This document shows, one piece after another, positions 18,798-26,261 of a stretch of DNA of 32,000 nucleotides. A model generated the notes under the pieces. The model had not been told where the DNA came from, did no database searches, and worked only from the letters and a program-made list of their open reading frames with translations. A program made the translations under genes and the position numbers. This stretch comes from Planctopirus limnophila DSM 3776 (lineage in GTDB: Bacteria; Planctomycetota; Planctomycetia; Planctomycetales; Planctomycetaceae): positions 1,710,001 through 1,742,000 of the forward strand of contig NC_014148.1 of the NCBI RefSeq assembly GCF_000092105.1, in the 5' to 3' direction. How positions within the stretch are numbered: position 1 is the stretch's first letter; each line of letters opens with the position of its first letter.

Positions 18798-19859
18798 TCA
18801 GGACGCAAGAGCTGGTGCAGCGACGCCGAGTCGATCACCCAGTGCGACAAGAGCCTTCCAGTTCCCTTCATCGAGGGGAATACCTTTGGCCTGCCGGCTG
18901 TTGAGGGTCGATCGTTCAGGATCTCCAGGAAGGTAAATTTCCTTGGATTCATCAATCTTCGGAACGCTGCGAACATACTGTTCCAACTGCTGTACTTCCT
19001 GAAGCAGATGATCTGTCCCGGCAAAGAATTCGGGAGAGATGGCCATGAACCAGCCACAGTTGCCAATGGGAGCCGGTGGATTGGGATAGGCACATTGTCC
19101 TCCGGACATGCCACCACATAGCATTTCGATCATGAATGCGAGACCGAAGCCTTTGTAAGCCTGGTCTCCGCCTAAGGGCAGGATGGTCCCTGGAGGATTG
19201 CCGTATAGGTCGTTGGGATTGGTGCTGGGATTTCCTTCAGGATCGAGAATCCAGCCGGGTGGAACCGGCTCGCCAGCGATTTTCTTCACGCGGACTTTGC
19301 CTTCTGCTGTCGCACTGGTCCCAATATCGAAAATGAAGGGGCCCTGGGCGCCTCCTGGCACACCAATGCAAATAGGATTTGTTCCTAATCGAGGGCGCTT
19401 GCCTCCCACCGGTGCGACGCGCTGGGCAGCACCGTGAGTGTTGGCCAATGCCATCGAAACAAGGCCGTGAGCCGCAAACTTTTCGGCATATTCACCCAGA
19501 CGACCAATATGTGAAGAACGTCGCAAAGTGCCGATGACGACAGCCGATGAGGCGGCTTTGGCAATCATTTTGTCCACGAGATGATGGGCGAGAACGAGTC
19601 CCAGACCCCAGTTCCCGTCGGCCACAATCGAAGAGGCTGATTCTTTGACGATGTCGAGTTGACTTTTCGGGAGGATGCGGCCCTGTTCGATCTGTTCGAT
19701 GTAGGAAGCGACCCGCATCACACCGTGCGAATCGTGTCCTCGCAGGTTGGCCTCCACGAGACTGGTGGCCATGCAACTGGCATCCGCTTCGGAGACTCCC
19801 GCTGTCAGAAAGAGTTTTTGTGCGTAAGAGGAGAGGGTTTCAATAGCAATCACTGGCAC
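18798..19859 (-). CDS. Ldh_2 family oxidoreductase (type-2 malate/L-lactate/sulfolactate dehydrogenase family)
   Basis: 353 aa. Motifs: 'ANLRGHDSHGVMRV', 'SSHIGRLGEYA', 'PICIGVPG' and 'LGGDQAYKGFGLAFMIEMLCGGMSG', typical of the AllD/YiaK/ComC family. It is co-directional with, and 79 bp upstream of, the UxaE-like gene. Confidence 0.8.
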   Translation of the reverse strand: MPVIAIETLSSYAQKLFLTAGVSEADASCMATSLVEANLRGHDSHGVMRVASYIEQIEQGRILPKSQLDIVKESASSIVADGNWGLGLVLAHHLVDKMIAKAASSAVVIGTLRRSSHIGRLGEYAEKFAAHGLVSMALANTHGAAQRVAPVGGKRPRLGTNPICIGVPGGAQGPFIFDIGTSATAEGKVRVKKIAGEPVPPGWILDPEGNPSTNPNDLYGNPPGTILPLGGDQAYKGFGLAFMIEMLCGGMSGGQCAYPNPPAPIGNCGWFMAISPEFFAGTDHLLQEVQQLEQYVRSVPKIDESKEIYLPGDPERSTLNSRQAKGIPLDEGNWKALVALGDRLGVAAPALAS

Positions 19860-20057
19860 GACGGAACCTTTGGCAGCAGAACAAATCCATGGAAGAGACG
19901 AACACCTTCACTGATCTGCAGGTTACATATTTAAGTTGACTGATGCCAGAGAGGGCCAGTTTCAGAGATCGCCAAGGCCCACGATGGATCGAAAAACTTG
20001 ATGATGAAATCAGTGAGTTCGGTCACAGGTCAGAAACTTCGAAGGCTCAAGGAAAAA

Positions 20058-21020
20058 CTACCCGTGTGTCTCTGTTTTCTCTTGCCGTTTGACTTGCTGA
20101 TAAATCTCTTCCATTTCTTTCAACGAAGTCTCAGACATTTTTTTGCCGCGAGCTTGAACGGCAGTTTCAATCGCACGGAAGCGGCGCTCGAATTTCTGGT
20201 TGCTGGAACGCAGAGCTTCTTCGGGATTGATGTGCCATCTGCGGGCGATGTTAGCGAGAACAAAGAGCACATCGCCTAACTCACTCTGAACACGTTCGCG
20301 AGCTTCCGCATGCTCGATTGAGCGATCGGGCATGACTTCCGCTTCGACGGTCGCCGGAGGGAACTCAGGAATGCCAGCAGGAAAAAGTTCTACCTGCAAT
20401 TCTTCAATCTCTTCGTTGAGTTTGCTGAAGAGCATTTCACGCTGAGGAAAATCGTAGCCCGCTCTGGCGGCTTTCTCGGAAAGCCGCGCTGCACGGGCGA
20501 GTGCGGGCATTTCTCTTGGAAGGCCATCGAGAATCGATTCCCGCTGTTTTTCCTGCTGTTTGGCGTTCTCCCAATGAACTTTGACATCATTTGCCGTGCT
20601 CGCTGATTCGTTACCGAAGACGTGCGGATGGCGGTGAATCATCTTGGCGGTCACGCCGCGAATCACATCGATGAGATCGAAACGCTGTTCATCGCGGCCG
20701 ATCTGAGCATCAAGGATCACTTGAAGCAGGACATCGCCCAACTCTTCGACAATCGCGATGTTGTCGTCATGCTCAATGGCTTCGATGAGTTCGTAAGTTT
20801 CTTCCAGCGTATGTTTGCAGACCGATTTTAACGTCTGTTCACGATCCCACGGGCAGCCATCAGGAGCACGCAGGCGGGCAATCGTTTCCACAAACTTCTG
20901 GAACTCGGGCAGCAGGATCTCAATGGGAGGAGTTTCTCCTGAGACCTGACTTAAAGGAAGTGCTTGACCAGTGACCGTTTTCCCATTCGATGATGGTGAA
21001 GCTTGCGAATGAGCAGTCAT
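20058..21020 (-). CDS. mazG: Nucleoside triphosphate pyrophosphohydrolase MazG (tandem MazG domains)
   Basis: Motifs: 'RLRAPDGCPWDREQTLKSVCKHTLEETYELIEAIE', 'EELGDVLLQV' and 'RHPHVF'. The second repeat carries 'ELGDVLFVLANIARRWHINPEEALRSSNQKFERRF'. It has a ~40-aa Ser/Pro-rich N-terminal extension if ATG 21020 is used. Confidence 0.9.
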   Translation of the reverse strand: MTAHSQASPSSNGKTVTGQALPLSQVSGETPPIEILLPEFQKFVETIARLRAPDGCPWDREQTLKSVCKHTLEETYELIEAIEHDDNIAIVEELGDVLLQVILDAQIGRDEQRFDLIDVIRGVTAKMIHRHPHVFGNESASTANDVKVHWENAKQQEKQRESILDGLPREMPALARAARLSEKAARAGYDFPQREMLFSKLNEEIEELQVELFPAGIPEFPPATVEAEVMPDRSIEHAEARERVQSELGDVLFVLANIARRWHINPEEALRSSNQKFERRFRAIETAVQARGKKMSETSLKEMEEIYQQVKRQEKTETHG

Positions 21021-21184
21021 AGAAAATCAGCTTCCTTCGAGGATTCAACGAGGCTTTCGAGGTGATACCAGCCACCTGCCGAGTGGCCGGGGATTGCATC
21101 ATTTGCGCTAACGGCACATCATAACGAGGGTCGTCTGCTTGAGCTTGCGACCTCGTCCATCGAATTTGGTGAAGGATAGCCCAG

Positions 21185-21745
21185 ATGAACGCCCGATTTC
21201 ATGTAACGAAGATCATTCTGTTGTTTGTGATTGGTCTGGGGAATTTCTTGTTCTTTACTTCCATGCCCACGGCAAGCATTCTGCGGAATCTTCACGCCGA
21301 GGATGAAAAGTCGCCAGCAGTAAAAACCGCTGGGGAACTGACACCGGCTGAAGAGGAGTTCCGGAAGCAGATGACAGGGTCAGTGTTAGTAGGTGTTTTT
21401 TCCATTGACGGCCGGACGGGGGCACCGAAAGAAGAGCGTTATGAGATTTCCGAAGTGAGGAAAGTCGCACCAGGGAAGGCAGACAACTTTGTGTGGCTGA
21501 TCACTTCCCGCATTAAGTATGGTGATAAAGATGTCAAGATTCCTGTGCCTGTGGAGGTTCGCTGGGCAGGCGATACTCCCATGATTCAACTGACCAATAC
21601 GACGATCCCGCTCATGGGCACATTCACTGCTCGGGTGATGATTTACAAAGATCGCTATGCGGGAACCTGGCAGCATGATGCAGTGGGTGGTCACATGTGG
21701 GGAAAAATCGAGAAGGCCCCCGAGACCAAAGAACCGGTCAAGTAA
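21185..21745 (+). CDS. Hypothetical secreted/membrane-anchored protein
   Basis: 186 aa. The N-terminal hydrophobic segment 'IILLFVIGLGNFLFFTSMP' is followed by a beta-rich-looking domain ('FVWLITSRIKYGDKDVKIPVPVEVRWAGDTPMI'). No recognisable domain. Confidence 0.65.
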   Translation: MNARFHVTKIILLFVIGLGNFLFFTSMPTASILRNLHAEDEKSPAVKTAGELTPAEEEFRKQMTGSVLVGVFSIDGRTGAPKEERYEISEVRKVAPGKADNFVWLITSRIKYGDKDVKIPVPVEVRWAGDTPMIQLTNTTIPLMGTFTARVMIYKDRYAGTWQHDAVGGHMWGKIEKAPETKEPVK

Positions 21746-21796
21746 CGCCCGAACAGACATCGGCTGGTAACTGGTTGTGACACAAGTAATGTCGGT

Positions 21797-23077
21797 TCAG
21801 CTCCAGGTGTCGCTGGATGTGCAGGTGAGTTGTTTCAAACTGGCCATGACCACCGATTGTGGGCACGACCAGACTGTGAAAAACATCGCTTCACAGATGG
21901 CACGCGAGGCGGGATGGCCTTGCATAAACCCGGCTCCTTTACAGGCTGAGAGATAAACCTGAGCCGCACGGATAACCAGTGAATTCGCCTGCTGTCGCAA
22001 GATCTCTGGCGATGTGGCCAGAGTTCCTTGAGCGCAGGCAAAAAGTTGAGATCTGAAGTCAGTCGCTTCCGCGAGGAGTGCCTCGTAAATGGGCTGCAGT
22101 TCGGGCCGCTGGGCGACTTCGTGAGACAATCGCTCGATGGTTCCCAGGGTGGCACCTAAAGCGAGTGAAGTTGTTGAAAGTGAGCCTGTGGCTGGCGTGT
22201 TTTTGTTTTGAGACGAGGGGAGGCTGCTCCCTTTGAGCACCTGGGGTTGTGGCCCTGCCACAATGTCATCCACACTGATTTTGACATTTCTCAGCTCGAC
22301 AGAACCTGTCGATGTCTCATTTAACCCCAGAAGTGGCAGCGGCCGCAAAACATCAACCCCCAATTGCTCAGGATCGATCATCACCAGCATCTGGTCGGCA
22401 TCAGCCTCGGAAGGCATGATTGTGGCCCCTGTGAGGATCGATGAGGCACGTTGAGCCGAGCTGACCCACGGGATCATCCCGTTCAGAAGATATCCCCCAT
22501 CATCGCAGATCGTAGCGGAAACCACCGGTTGGGTGGCAAACTGACGTGAAGTCGTCAGGTGAGAAATGCCCACGGTGGAGAAGGTTGCTCCTTGCGTGCT
22601 GCGTTTGAGCCATTTGGCCTTCGTATGACTGTTGGGCGATGCTGCGAGACGCAACACCGAAGCATTGCGCTGCGAGAGTAAAAATGCGGTGGTTAAGCAA
22701 CCGGAGGCGAGAATCATGCCGAGTTCAAGACGGTCGGCTTCCGTGTGAACTTCAAGGCTTCCTCCCATATCTTGAGGGACGAACCATTGGAGAAAACAAG
22801 CCCGATCCAGCTGCCGCCAGCGATCGACAACCCATGGTTTTGCCGATAAGCCAGACTGTGGGATATATGATTCTGCCTGTGGTTGTGACTCGACAGCAGA
22901 CCCATTCGGCACGCCGTCGCTGAGTTGCCACGAGGCAGCGAGTTCATAAGCGACTGGACGCCAGTCATGTGCTTCTCGTGGATTGATCATATTCTCCAAT
23001 GCTCTGGTCAAGACCGCATGGCCATGGGCAAACAACTGCTGCTTCAAAGATTGTAGCGGATTTGCAGCAACCTTCAT
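21797..23077 (-). CDS. Acyl-CoA dehydrogenase-fold family protein (atypical; function unclear)
   Basis: 426 aa following the ACAD three-domain layout: 'FVPQDMGGS', 'GGYLLNGMIPWVSSAQRASSI', 'LGLNETSTGSVELRNVKISVDDIVAG' and C-terminal 'GAGFMQGHPASRAICEAMFF'. It lacks the usual 'TE..aGSD' motif and the 'YEG' catalytic Glu context. Confidence 0.6.
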   Translation of the reverse strand: MKVAANPLQSLKQQLFAHGHAVLTRALENMINPREAHDWRPVAYELAASWQLSDGVPNGSAVESQPQAESYIPQSGLSAKPWVVDRWRQLDRACFLQWFVPQDMGGSLEVHTEADRLELGMILASGCLTTAFLLSQRNASVLRLAASPNSHTKAKWLKRSTQGATFSTVGISHLTTSRQFATQPVVSATICDDGGYLLNGMIPWVSSAQRASSILTGATIMPSEADADQMLVMIDPEQLGVDVLRPLPLLGLNETSTGSVELRNVKISVDDIVAGPQPQVLKGSSLPSSQNKNTPATGSLSTTSLALGATLGTIERLSHEVAQRPELQPIYEALLAEATDFRSQLFACAQGTLATSPEILRQQANSLVIRAAQVYLSACKGAGFMQGHPASRAICEAMFFTVWSCPQSVVMASLKQLTCTSSDTWS

Positions 23078-23214
23078 GGAACTGCTATGTCACCAGGGCG
23101 TCGTTTCGGCTGAAAAAGAGGTCGGAGAATCGGCCAATCATTCCGAAACATCTCGTGAATCGGATCTGATTGACTGCCCAAGCACAAAGGAGTTGATTAA
23201 ACTATTTTCCGGCA

Positions 23215-23287
23215 GGCTCTGTAGCTCAACGGTTAGAGCAGAGGACTCATAATCCTTTGGTTCTGGGTTCGAATCCCAGTGGAGCCA
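23215..23287 (+). tRNA. tRNA with CAU anticodon (elongator tRNA-Met, or tRNA-Ile2 if lysidine-modified)
   Basis: A 73-nt cloverleaf folds by hand. Acceptor GGCTCTG/TGGAGCC, D arm GCTC-AACGGTTA-GAGC, anticodon arm GAGGA-CTCATAA-TCCTT, variable TGGTT, T arm CTGGG-TTCGAAT-CCCAG, discriminator A. CCA is not encoded. G1-C72 and the absence of a GGG/CCC anticodon stem argue against initiator tRNA. A TTGACT hexamer lies at 23170-23175 but has no good -10 partner. Confidence 0.95.
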
Positions 23288-23340
23288 ATCAGGTCTTCGA
23301 AGTGCTGCTGGCGTTTGAGCTGTGGATCACTTGGGCCGAT

Positions 23341-23802
23341 TCAGTGAATATGCCGTGTTTCGTGTGGCTGGTGCGAATGATCTGGCGATTGAGAACGCCA
23401 GCGATTCTGTTGCCCTTCGGCGAGATGGTAGCAGGCTTTAGAGGCTTCTTCCCATGCCCCAGATTGCGCTTGTCGGATGATCCGCTCGAACTCTGCCAGG
23501 GCGGCTGGGGACATCTCCCCCTGAGTGGCTCGCTGCCGGATGGCCTCTTCGACTTTATTGAGTTGCGAGGGATTGCGAGATGACGTGGCGGTCCAAAGAA
23601 GTTGAACGTACTTGAGGTTGTTCTGCTCAATGACTGCCGGCGTAGCCCACCATCGCCAGAGAACCATCAATACAACAATCGTTAATAAAAGCGACAGCCC
23701 CCAAATGACTCGAAGATCGCGGATCATTTCACTGAACGATAGTTCGGACATTTTTTCGATCGCCCTTACTTGATGACTATTCGAATCGCCTGGCATCACC
23801 AA
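23341..23802 (-). CDS. Hypothetical single-pass membrane protein downstream of the DUF1559 gene
   Basis: 153-aa ORF with one TM helix ('VIWGLSLLLTIVVLMVLW'), then a helical soluble part ('LNKVEEAIRQRATQGEMSPAALAEFERIIRQAQSGAWEEASKA') and a His-rich tail. The probable start may be the internal ATG at 23751 ('MSELSF'). The competing ORFs 23257..23583(+) and 23289..23630(-) look non-protein-like. Confidence 0.6.
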   Translation of the reverse strand: MVMPGDSNSHQVRAIEKMSELSFSEMIRDLRVIWGLSLLLTIVVLMVLWRWWATPAVIEQNNLKYVQLLWTATSSRNPSQLNKVEEAIRQRATQGEMSPAALAEFERIIRQAQSGAWEEASKACYHLAEGQQNRWRSQSPDHSHQPHETRHIH

Positions 23803-23928
23803 ACGCGCAACCGCGCAATGGAATGGCAGTTACCAGTTCTCGGACATTAGGGGGGCAGGAAAAATCGAGCCCTCTCTCTAAGAAATAGTGATGATCACAG
23901 AGCGGGGCCGACTGAGAGTAGAAGCCAA

Positions 23929-24903
23929 TCAGTATTCGGCAACGACTTCATTCCCTCGGCAGCTTGAGAGTGCTGCCCAGGTGGGCTGATGAATGAATTG
24001 GGAAACGAAGCGGACACTGCCGTCGCCCAGCAACACATGAGCCCCGCCTGCGTGAGGAGAGTACATCTGGCAGACATGGCACAGCGGGCTGTTGGGTGGA
24101 TGTATGGGAGCGAACCCTGTTACTGGATCGATCTCATCTTGAGCGGGGCCCGAGTGAACATTGACCAGCGTCGCTGCAGCATCGCATGTGGTCATAGGGA
24201 ATCTGGCTGGATCGATGGAGCAGACCTCGGCTCCAGGGACCACGCCCACCCACGTTTTGTCACTGACAATGCTGTGCTCTCCAATGAAGATCGTGTTGGA
24301 CAGACCATCGGTGACATCAGCAGTGCGGATTTTCGAGTTGCGGTACATCGGGCCATTGGCGATCTGTGAGTAATCCTCGATCTGATACCCCCAGGGCTCA
24401 TCCTGGCCGGCATTCGCCACATAATGGGCGCGACCGAATCTGGCCAGTTCATTGCCAGATCCATCGCGAACAATCATCGGTCCGTTGGAATTGGAGGCAG
24501 AGGGAGACATGAAGACCGGGAGATTGATGGCAACGGCTGAGGCATTCTGCGGTGCCCAGCAGGGGAGGTCCGTTCGAATGGAATTGTAGAGTGGAGCCTG
24601 GTCGAGATAGGGGAGCAGCATGGTGCCCCAGGCAAACCCGTTGGGGCCATCGAATGTATTGGGATCCCGCGATGGATGCCTCGTATTGCCGAGATAAGCC
24701 GCGGGAAACACCTTGTGGGCGTCGTGGTAGTTATGAAGTGCAATCCCGATCTGTTTGAGATTATTGCGGCTTTGGGTACGCCGAGCCGCCTCGCGTGCCT
24801 GTTGTACTGCGGGAAGCAGTAACGCAATGAGCACGGCGATAATCGCAATGACGACCAGCAGCTCAATGAGCGTAAAGCCAATTCTGCGAGGGGTTACGGA
24901 CAT
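23929..24903 (-). CDS. DUF1559 / H-X9-DG protein with prepilin-type N-terminal cleavage/methylation domain
   Basis: Motifs: 'RRIGFTLIELLVVIAIIAVLIALLLPAVQQAREAARRTQSRNNLKQIGIALHNYHD' (type IV pilin-like G|FTLIE signal) and C-terminal 'HAGGAHVLLGDGSVRF' (H-X9-DG). This family is heavily expanded in Planctomycetota. Confidence 0.92.
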   Translation of the reverse strand: MSVTPRRIGFTLIELLVVIAIIAVLIALLLPAVQQAREAARRTQSRNNLKQIGIALHNYHDAHKVFPAAYLGNTRHPSRDPNTFDGPNGFAWGTMLLPYLDQAPLYNSIRTDLPCWAPQNASAVAINLPVFMSPSASNSNGPMIVRDGSGNELARFGRAHYVANAGQDEPWGYQIEDYSQIANGPMYRNSKIRTADVTDGLSNTIFIGEHSIVSDKTWVGVVPGAEVCSIDPARFPMTTCDAAATLVNVHSGPAQDEIDPVTGFAPIHPPNSPLCHVCQMYSPHAGGAHVLLGDGSVRFVSQFIHQPTWAALSSCRGNEVVAEY

Positions 24904-24936
24904 TGAAAACTCCGGTTTTGCAAGTTAGTATCCACT

Positions 24937-24954
24937 GTTTTGATTAATCAAAAC
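24937..24954. promoter_or_regulatory. Perfect 18-bp palindrome (candidate operator) in the DUF1559 leader
   Basis: GTTTTGATTAATCAAAAC equals its own reverse complement. It lies 34-51 nt upstream of the DUF1559 ATG at 24903 and downstream of the candidate -35 box. Confidence 0.4.
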
Positions 24955-24961
24955 TTGGGAT

Positions 24962-24990
24962 AGAATTGCATGTGAATCGAAGTTTGTCAA
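24962..24990 (-). promoter_or_regulatory. Candidate sigma70-type promoter for the DUF1559 gene
   Basis: The minus strand reads TTGACA (24990-24985, exact -35 consensus), a 17-nt spacer, then AATTCT (24967-24962, weak -10 with 3/6 matches). It lies immediately downstream of the 24997-25054 hairpin. Confidence 0.3.
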
Positions 24991-24996
24991 GAAATG

Positions 24997-25054
24997 AGGA
25001 CGCACCGGCAGGAGTTCTCCGTCGCAAAGAGAACTCGCACTGCCAGTGCGTCCT
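24997..25054 (-). terminator. Long imperfect hairpin, probable terminator of the 25078..26169 gene
   Basis: AGGACGCAC-CGGCAG-GAGTTCTC / GAGAACTC-(GCA)-CTGCCAG-TGCGTCCT gives about 22 Watson-Crick pairs with one small bulge and a 9-nt loop. It starts about 23 nt after the stop of the upstream minus-strand gene. The minus-strand 3' flank ATTTCTTG is only a weak U-tract. Confidence 0.55.
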
Positions 25055-25077
25055 GAGTTTTGAAGCGATATCAAGCG

Positions 25078-26169
25078 TTACTTGTGGAGTGGGGCGGGTG
25101 TGATCTGAGTCGTCCGTATGGAACTGGATGATTCACTGACCATTCGCCCACTGACTGTCGTGGAAGAATTACCATCGACGGGCAAAACTCTGGGTTGTGC
25201 AGGAATGGAGTTTGAATCCTGGATTTTCAGAGGTTCAATGATTTTGTCGATCGAAATGGGGCTGGTGGGCAAGTTGGCAATGCGCCAGCGGGCCTGAGCA
25301 TTCTGATAAGCGGTTTTGGTGAGACGAACAAACTCCTGGCGATGGCCCTCGCTGATCCCATCCATCTTCTTGCTCAAGGATTCGACCCACGAAGGCTGCC
25401 TTTCCATCATTTGAGACATCATGTGGACGAACAGCGTGATCTGCCGAAAATTTCGATCCGCGATCGAATGACTCACTGGGGAAATGACTCTGGCGACGGC
25501 ATCTACCATATGCTGTGGAAACTCGACGAAGACATCTCCACGATGTGTGCAGATCACCCGGCCATCTGGTTGAGTGGCGAATGAGGCCTGAAATCTCATG
25601 ACTGAGCGGGCAGTGATGGGTCTGACAACAGCTGGGCTTTTGAACTGACCATCGCAGATAATCAGTGTGTCTTCGGGATCGCGATAAAGGACTTCGACGT
25701 TTCCTATCGAACCGTCACCTGCGTCGGCATGATAGATGCCTGTGGATGTTTCTTTGAGTTGGAATTTGGAGATATCCATGGCTCTCCAGGTACTGACAGC
25801 AATATCCGGATGCTGCATAAAGAAGCGATAAGCGTCGGCATCCACTTCAAACTGGAGAGTCGGAAGACGGCGATACAACGTCACGGATTGCATCAGGCTA
25901 TTCAGCTTCTTCTGCTGTTCGGCAGTCAGTCGATGCATCGGCAAATCGGCCATAGCCTCTTTGCGCAATTGAGAAGTAGAGGAACCTGGCTTGAGCTGAT
26001 GGATTCCGATCTCTTCAAAATATTCCAGCTCGCTGTTCTTCTGAAATTGAGTCTGCACAACGCCTGCATCATCCGCAGGAATCTCATCGGCAGTCAAAGG
26101 TTTTGCATCATGCAACAGCAGCATAGTGCTCAGCATGGCCAAGCAGCATCCCACGCCGAGATCTCTCAT
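25078..26169 (-). CDS. Hypothetical secreted protein (signal peptide, no recognisable domain)
   Basis: 363 aa. The N-terminal 'MRDLGVGCCLAMLSTMLLLHDAKP' is signal-like. The central region looks like consecutive beta strands ('IYHADAGDGSIGNVEVLYRDPEDTLIICDGQFKSP...RVICTHRGDVFVEF') followed by helices, with a Ser/Thr/Pro-rich C-terminal tail. A purine-rich GAAGGGGGG lies about 7-15 nt upstream of the ATG. Confidence 0.7.
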   Translation of the reverse strand: MRDLGVGCCLAMLSTMLLLHDAKPLTADEIPADDAGVVQTQFQKNSELEYFEEIGIHQLKPGSSTSQLRKEAMADLPMHRLTAEQQKKLNSLMQSVTLYRRLPTLQFEVDADAYRFFMQHPDIAVSTWRAMDISKFQLKETSTGIYHADAGDGSIGNVEVLYRDPEDTLIICDGQFKSPAVVRPITARSVMRFQASFATQPDGRVICTHRGDVFVEFPQHMVDAVARVISPVSHSIADRNFRQITLFVHMMSQMMERQPSWVESLSKKMDGISEGHRQEFVRLTKTAYQNAQARWRIANLPTSPISIDKIIEPLKIQDSNSIPAQPRVLPVDGNSSTTVSGRMVSESSSSIRTTQITPAPLHK

Positions 26170-26220
26170 CCGGCGGCCCCCCTTCAGAATTTCTGGTGGG
26201 GGAAAAGTGATCGCGCCGAT

Positions 26221-26261
26221 CGCACCTGAAGTGGGCCATGGCCCATCGATCTACAGGTGCG
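26221..26261. promoter_or_regulatory. Nested palindrome in the leader of the 363-aa gene
   Basis: Outer arms CGCACCTG (26221-26228) / CAGGTGCG (26254-26261) enclose the perfect 14-bp palindrome TGGGCCATGGCCCA (26232-26245). It lies 52-92 nt upstream of the ATG at 26169. Confidence 0.35.

Noticed and set aside
23257-23630. ORFs 23257..23583(+) and 23289..23630(-) next to or overlapping the tRNA
   Set aside because: The plus-strand ORF starts inside the tRNA gene. Both overlap the more protein-like 23341..23802(-) ORF, and their translations are low-complexity.
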